Notes under the pieces: model-generated
The model's database searches: none
Told to the model about the DNA's origin: nothing
Seen by the model: only the letters and a program-made list of their open reading frames with translations
From: Hyphomicrobiales bacterium
GTDB lineage: Bacteria; Pseudomonadota; Alphaproteobacteria; Rhizobiales; Methyloligellaceae
Length of the DNA stretch: 64,000 nucleotides
Assembly: GCA_041397675.1 (NCBI GenBank)
Contig: JAWKWG010000012.1
Span: 2,970 to 66,969 of the forward strand
Direction: 5' to 3'
Made by a program: the position numbers and the translations under genes
Part shown: one piece after another, positions 63,905-64,000 of the stretch
How the letters are laid out: every line of letters starts with the position of its first letter
How positions within the stretch are numbered: position 1 is the stretch's first letter

Positions 63905-64000
63905 GTTCGGAAAACCTTCGATGAAACTCGCTGACGAGGACGGGATCATAGCCTGATAAGTCCGCGATTCCGCAATAGAAAGGCTTGGACTGCAGGCTCC

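Overview
GC-rich alphaproteobacterial chromosome segment; gene content and order fit Hyphomicrobiales, and it resembles Methyloceanibacter (inference). It holds mostly core genes. In order: the end of a cobalamin cluster (cbtA, cobU/P, cobO, cobQ, cobD, cobC), an HWE kinase with a FATGUY regulator, ku-ligD NHEJ, tRNA-Ala(CGC), pyrF, hrcA-grpE..dnaK-dnaJ, olsB, a hybrid kinase, comM, gshB, yraN, rsmI, hemW-rdgB-rph, mutS-glnD-murJ, a CitE-family lyase, trpS, msrA, tRNA-Ser(GGA), a methyltransferase/metallophosphoesterase/CarS-like trio, an Fsr MFS transporter, a coiled-coil/repeat/wHTH protein, olsA, fur-rimI-tsaB-rutE-nfuA, a solo HerA, usp, mepA, an L,D-transpeptidase, DUF1328 and a lipase. 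I found no mobile element, prophage or CRISPR array. Many genes, including essential ones, carry 1-nt frameshifts clustered in patches, most likely long-read assembly errors, so boundaries in those patches are approximate. Best leads: (i) a bacterial CarS-like cytidylyltransferase tail-to-tail with a YkuE/LpxG-like phosphoesterase next to tRNA-Ser; (ii) a coiled-coil + E[AP]E-x-RRP repeat + winged-helix protein; (iii) an unannotated small secreted 4-Cys protein between fur and olsA; (iv) cobD lying antisense inside the cob cluster and sharing a CATG start with cobC; (v) an A9 run splitting ligD just after the PE domain. All family assignments are by eye from motifs; no searches were run.
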